Notes under the pieces: model-generated
Database searches by the model: none
What the model was told of the DNA's origin: nothing
What the model saw: the letters and a program-made list of their open reading frames with translations, nothing else
Source: Bigelowiella natans CCMP2755
Lineage: Eukaryota; Protista; Cercozoa
Assembly: GCA_000320545.1 (NCBI GenBank)
Contig: ADNK01002450.1
Coordinates: forward strand, 1-64,000
DNA: 64,000 nt
Direction of reading: 5' to 3'
Position numbers and translations under genes: made by a program
Shown here: positions 62,583 to 64,000 of the stretch, piece after piece
Numbering within the stretch: position 1 is the stretch's first letter
Layout of the letters: each line of letters begins with the position of its first letter

Positions 62583-62624
<42 letters not shown>

Positions 62625-63301
62625 ATGCTTTCTATTCGACCTCTTAACGTTGGCCCTTGTGTCGGCGTGAGGGTTGCAGTAGGAACTCGAGTGGGTATGG
62701 CCGTTGGAAATTTGGTTGGTTGAGGGGTTGGGAATTTAGTTGGTTGCGGGGTTGGAAATCTGGTTGGTTGGGGGGTAGGATACTTTGTAGGACGAGGCGT
62801 GTGCGTGTGAGGATTGTGGCGATGGGGATTATGGCCATGCTTCCTCGCCAATGTCTTAGCGAAGGAGATCTCGTCTACAAGAGAACATTATGACAGAAAC
62901 GAACTCTTATCATCTGCTCGGCGTTTTTGTAGGAATGATAACAGGATTCATTGCACAGAATAAGTGTCTTATTATGCAAAGTCAATGCTCACACAAGCGA
63001 GTATTGATGCATATTGCAACCCCGATTTTAAGAGGCTACTTACTGTACCGTCTTCGTCCCAACCGTTCTCCACAATGGACGCACCCACGAGAGCGATCCT
63101 ACACAAACATCAACGAGTTTCTTTAATCCAAATACGCAAATAACGCAGATCCAATGCGTCTCCACAGTATCACCACGCCTAAATACAGTTATTGACCATA
63201 GAAAGAAAGGCATCATCGAGAGGCCTCCTCCCTCCCCACCACAAGGACGATTCCGCGGGAGTTACAGCTTCGCCGAAGGAGGATTTGAATGAATAATACA
63301 T
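48876..63301 (-). CDS. Polycystin-1/REJ-like giant membrane receptor: PT repeats, NHL propeller, mucin stalks, REJ, GAIN/GPS, several TM helices, PDZ-like domain and S/P/R-rich tail; start uncertain
   Basis: NHL motifs (DGSSPTAKFNTP, YIADSGNCRIR, VFVADADAHRIR); REJ-like motifs (DASRSFDP, NGPPVLGTC...GWEDVDLPLAYEF); GPS CRFW...NWSTDG...CLTNHLTDF; PKD-like KHTWTSIFIRHEGDYMNSFKR; hydrophobic exons at 55500-52290; PDZ-like exons at 52100-51549; low-complexity exons to TAA 48876. Linkage of the distal exons is inferred from strand, frame and splice sites. Confidence 0.8.
49623..49685. repeat. 32-bp-period tandem duplication
   Basis: TTCACG[T/C]AGAG[A/T]CTTACATGGCGAGGAGGGG at 49623 and 49655. Confidence 0.85.
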
Positions 63302-63745
63302 GTCAGTTTTATAGTACGACAGTGATTTTACTTTGTCGCTCGGAGTGTTTTATAAAAGAATCTGGAGAGACCGCTGAAAGCTACTTTTGGGGCTAAGAAT
63401 AGCACGGAACTTCAGTCACCAGGAGTAAATAACAGGTAGATTAAATGGAAAAATGCATGCGACTTCTCTTTTTTTGTCGTAATAGTCGCGTCTCTCTATT
63501 GAAATAGCCTAAATTGGCCAACACATGCGCTGCACCACGTTCCGTTCAGCACAGCGCAACACCTACAACACATGTTTTGAGCATAGATAATGAATTAACA
63601 TTTATTCTATCGGTAAAAGATCTAAAATTCGCTGCAAAAGTTTCTACTGAAGCCAGATCCTCGATACCCCTCCCCAAGCCGGGAATCCTAGACTTTTTTC
63701 CAATTCGTGGGTCTTGTTCGAAGAGCGAGTGGGTCGGACATACTG

Positions 63746-64000
63746 ATGATATTTACCGTCACGGCCTCGTTGACACGGGGGAGGGCGCTGGCGTGTGTAT
63801 TGCTATCTATCCTTACTCTTCCACAGGGCTTGTCTTCTGTGGTTCCGCCAGGTAGCATACTTTGCTCATCACAAAACAACTGTGAGGCGATTTGCGACCA
63901 TAACTCAGCTATGATTTATATCTTTCTACAGCAAAAGCGCAATTTGGACGGCCGCTGACTTCTTCAAGAGGGGGGAGCATACAGTTTGATGGCAATCTGG
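63746..64000 (+). CDS. 5' end of a probable secreted or membrane protein running off the window
   Basis: MIFTVTASLTRGRALACVLLSILTLPQGLSSVVPP (signal-peptide-like), a GT..AG intron (~63852-63931), then in-frame AKAQFGRPLTSSRGGSIQFDGNL. Confidence 0.45.

Larger units (their letters stand above)
1..64000. repeat. Dozens of mostly intronic microsatellites: (TA)n, (CA/TG)n, (GA/TC)n, poly-G/C, (CAT)n, (GTA)n, (CCT)n
   Basis: Examples at 1534-1568, 2781-2809, 3027-3063, 3595-3630, 6769-6848, 34670-34722, 47480-47551, 54100-54155 and 62437-62622. Absent from the retrotransposon ORF and the GH7 gene. Confidence 0.95.

Overview
Gene-dense, intron-rich eukaryotic nuclear DNA with GT-AG introns often filled with (TA)n/(CA)n/(GA)n/poly-C microsatellites. 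The style suggests a protist, possibly rhizarian or stramenopile (inference only). Genes were assembled by hand across exons, and many are invisible in the ORF track: 5'-partial Nup155/Nup170 (+), a decayed FAD-monooxygenase fragment (-), a RING-H2 protein (-), dUTPase (+), an intronless GH7 cellobiohydrolase with a non-CBM1 6-Cys C-terminal module (+), several hypothetical genes, an RCC1-repeat protein (-), a 16-exon ECI1-type enoyl-CoA isomerase (-), an ADO/PCO-family thiol dioxygenase (+), and a ~14 kb polycystin-1-like receptor gene (NHL propeller, mucin stalks, REJ, GPS, TM, PDZ-like, disordered tail; -). The centrepiece is a complete, very young Ty3/Gypsy-type LTR retrotransposon (11880-17595, -) with identical 326-bp LTRs, an ACCT target-site duplication, an 18-nt PBS and one 1657-aa gag-pol ORF. 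Its integrase has a shortened D,D(27)E core and ends not in a chromodomain but in a ~130-aa domain that aligns by eye with the Dam-like N6-adenine methyltransferase domain of DIRS elements. This is the best candidate for an undescribed system. All family assignments are motif recognition by eye; no database search was run.
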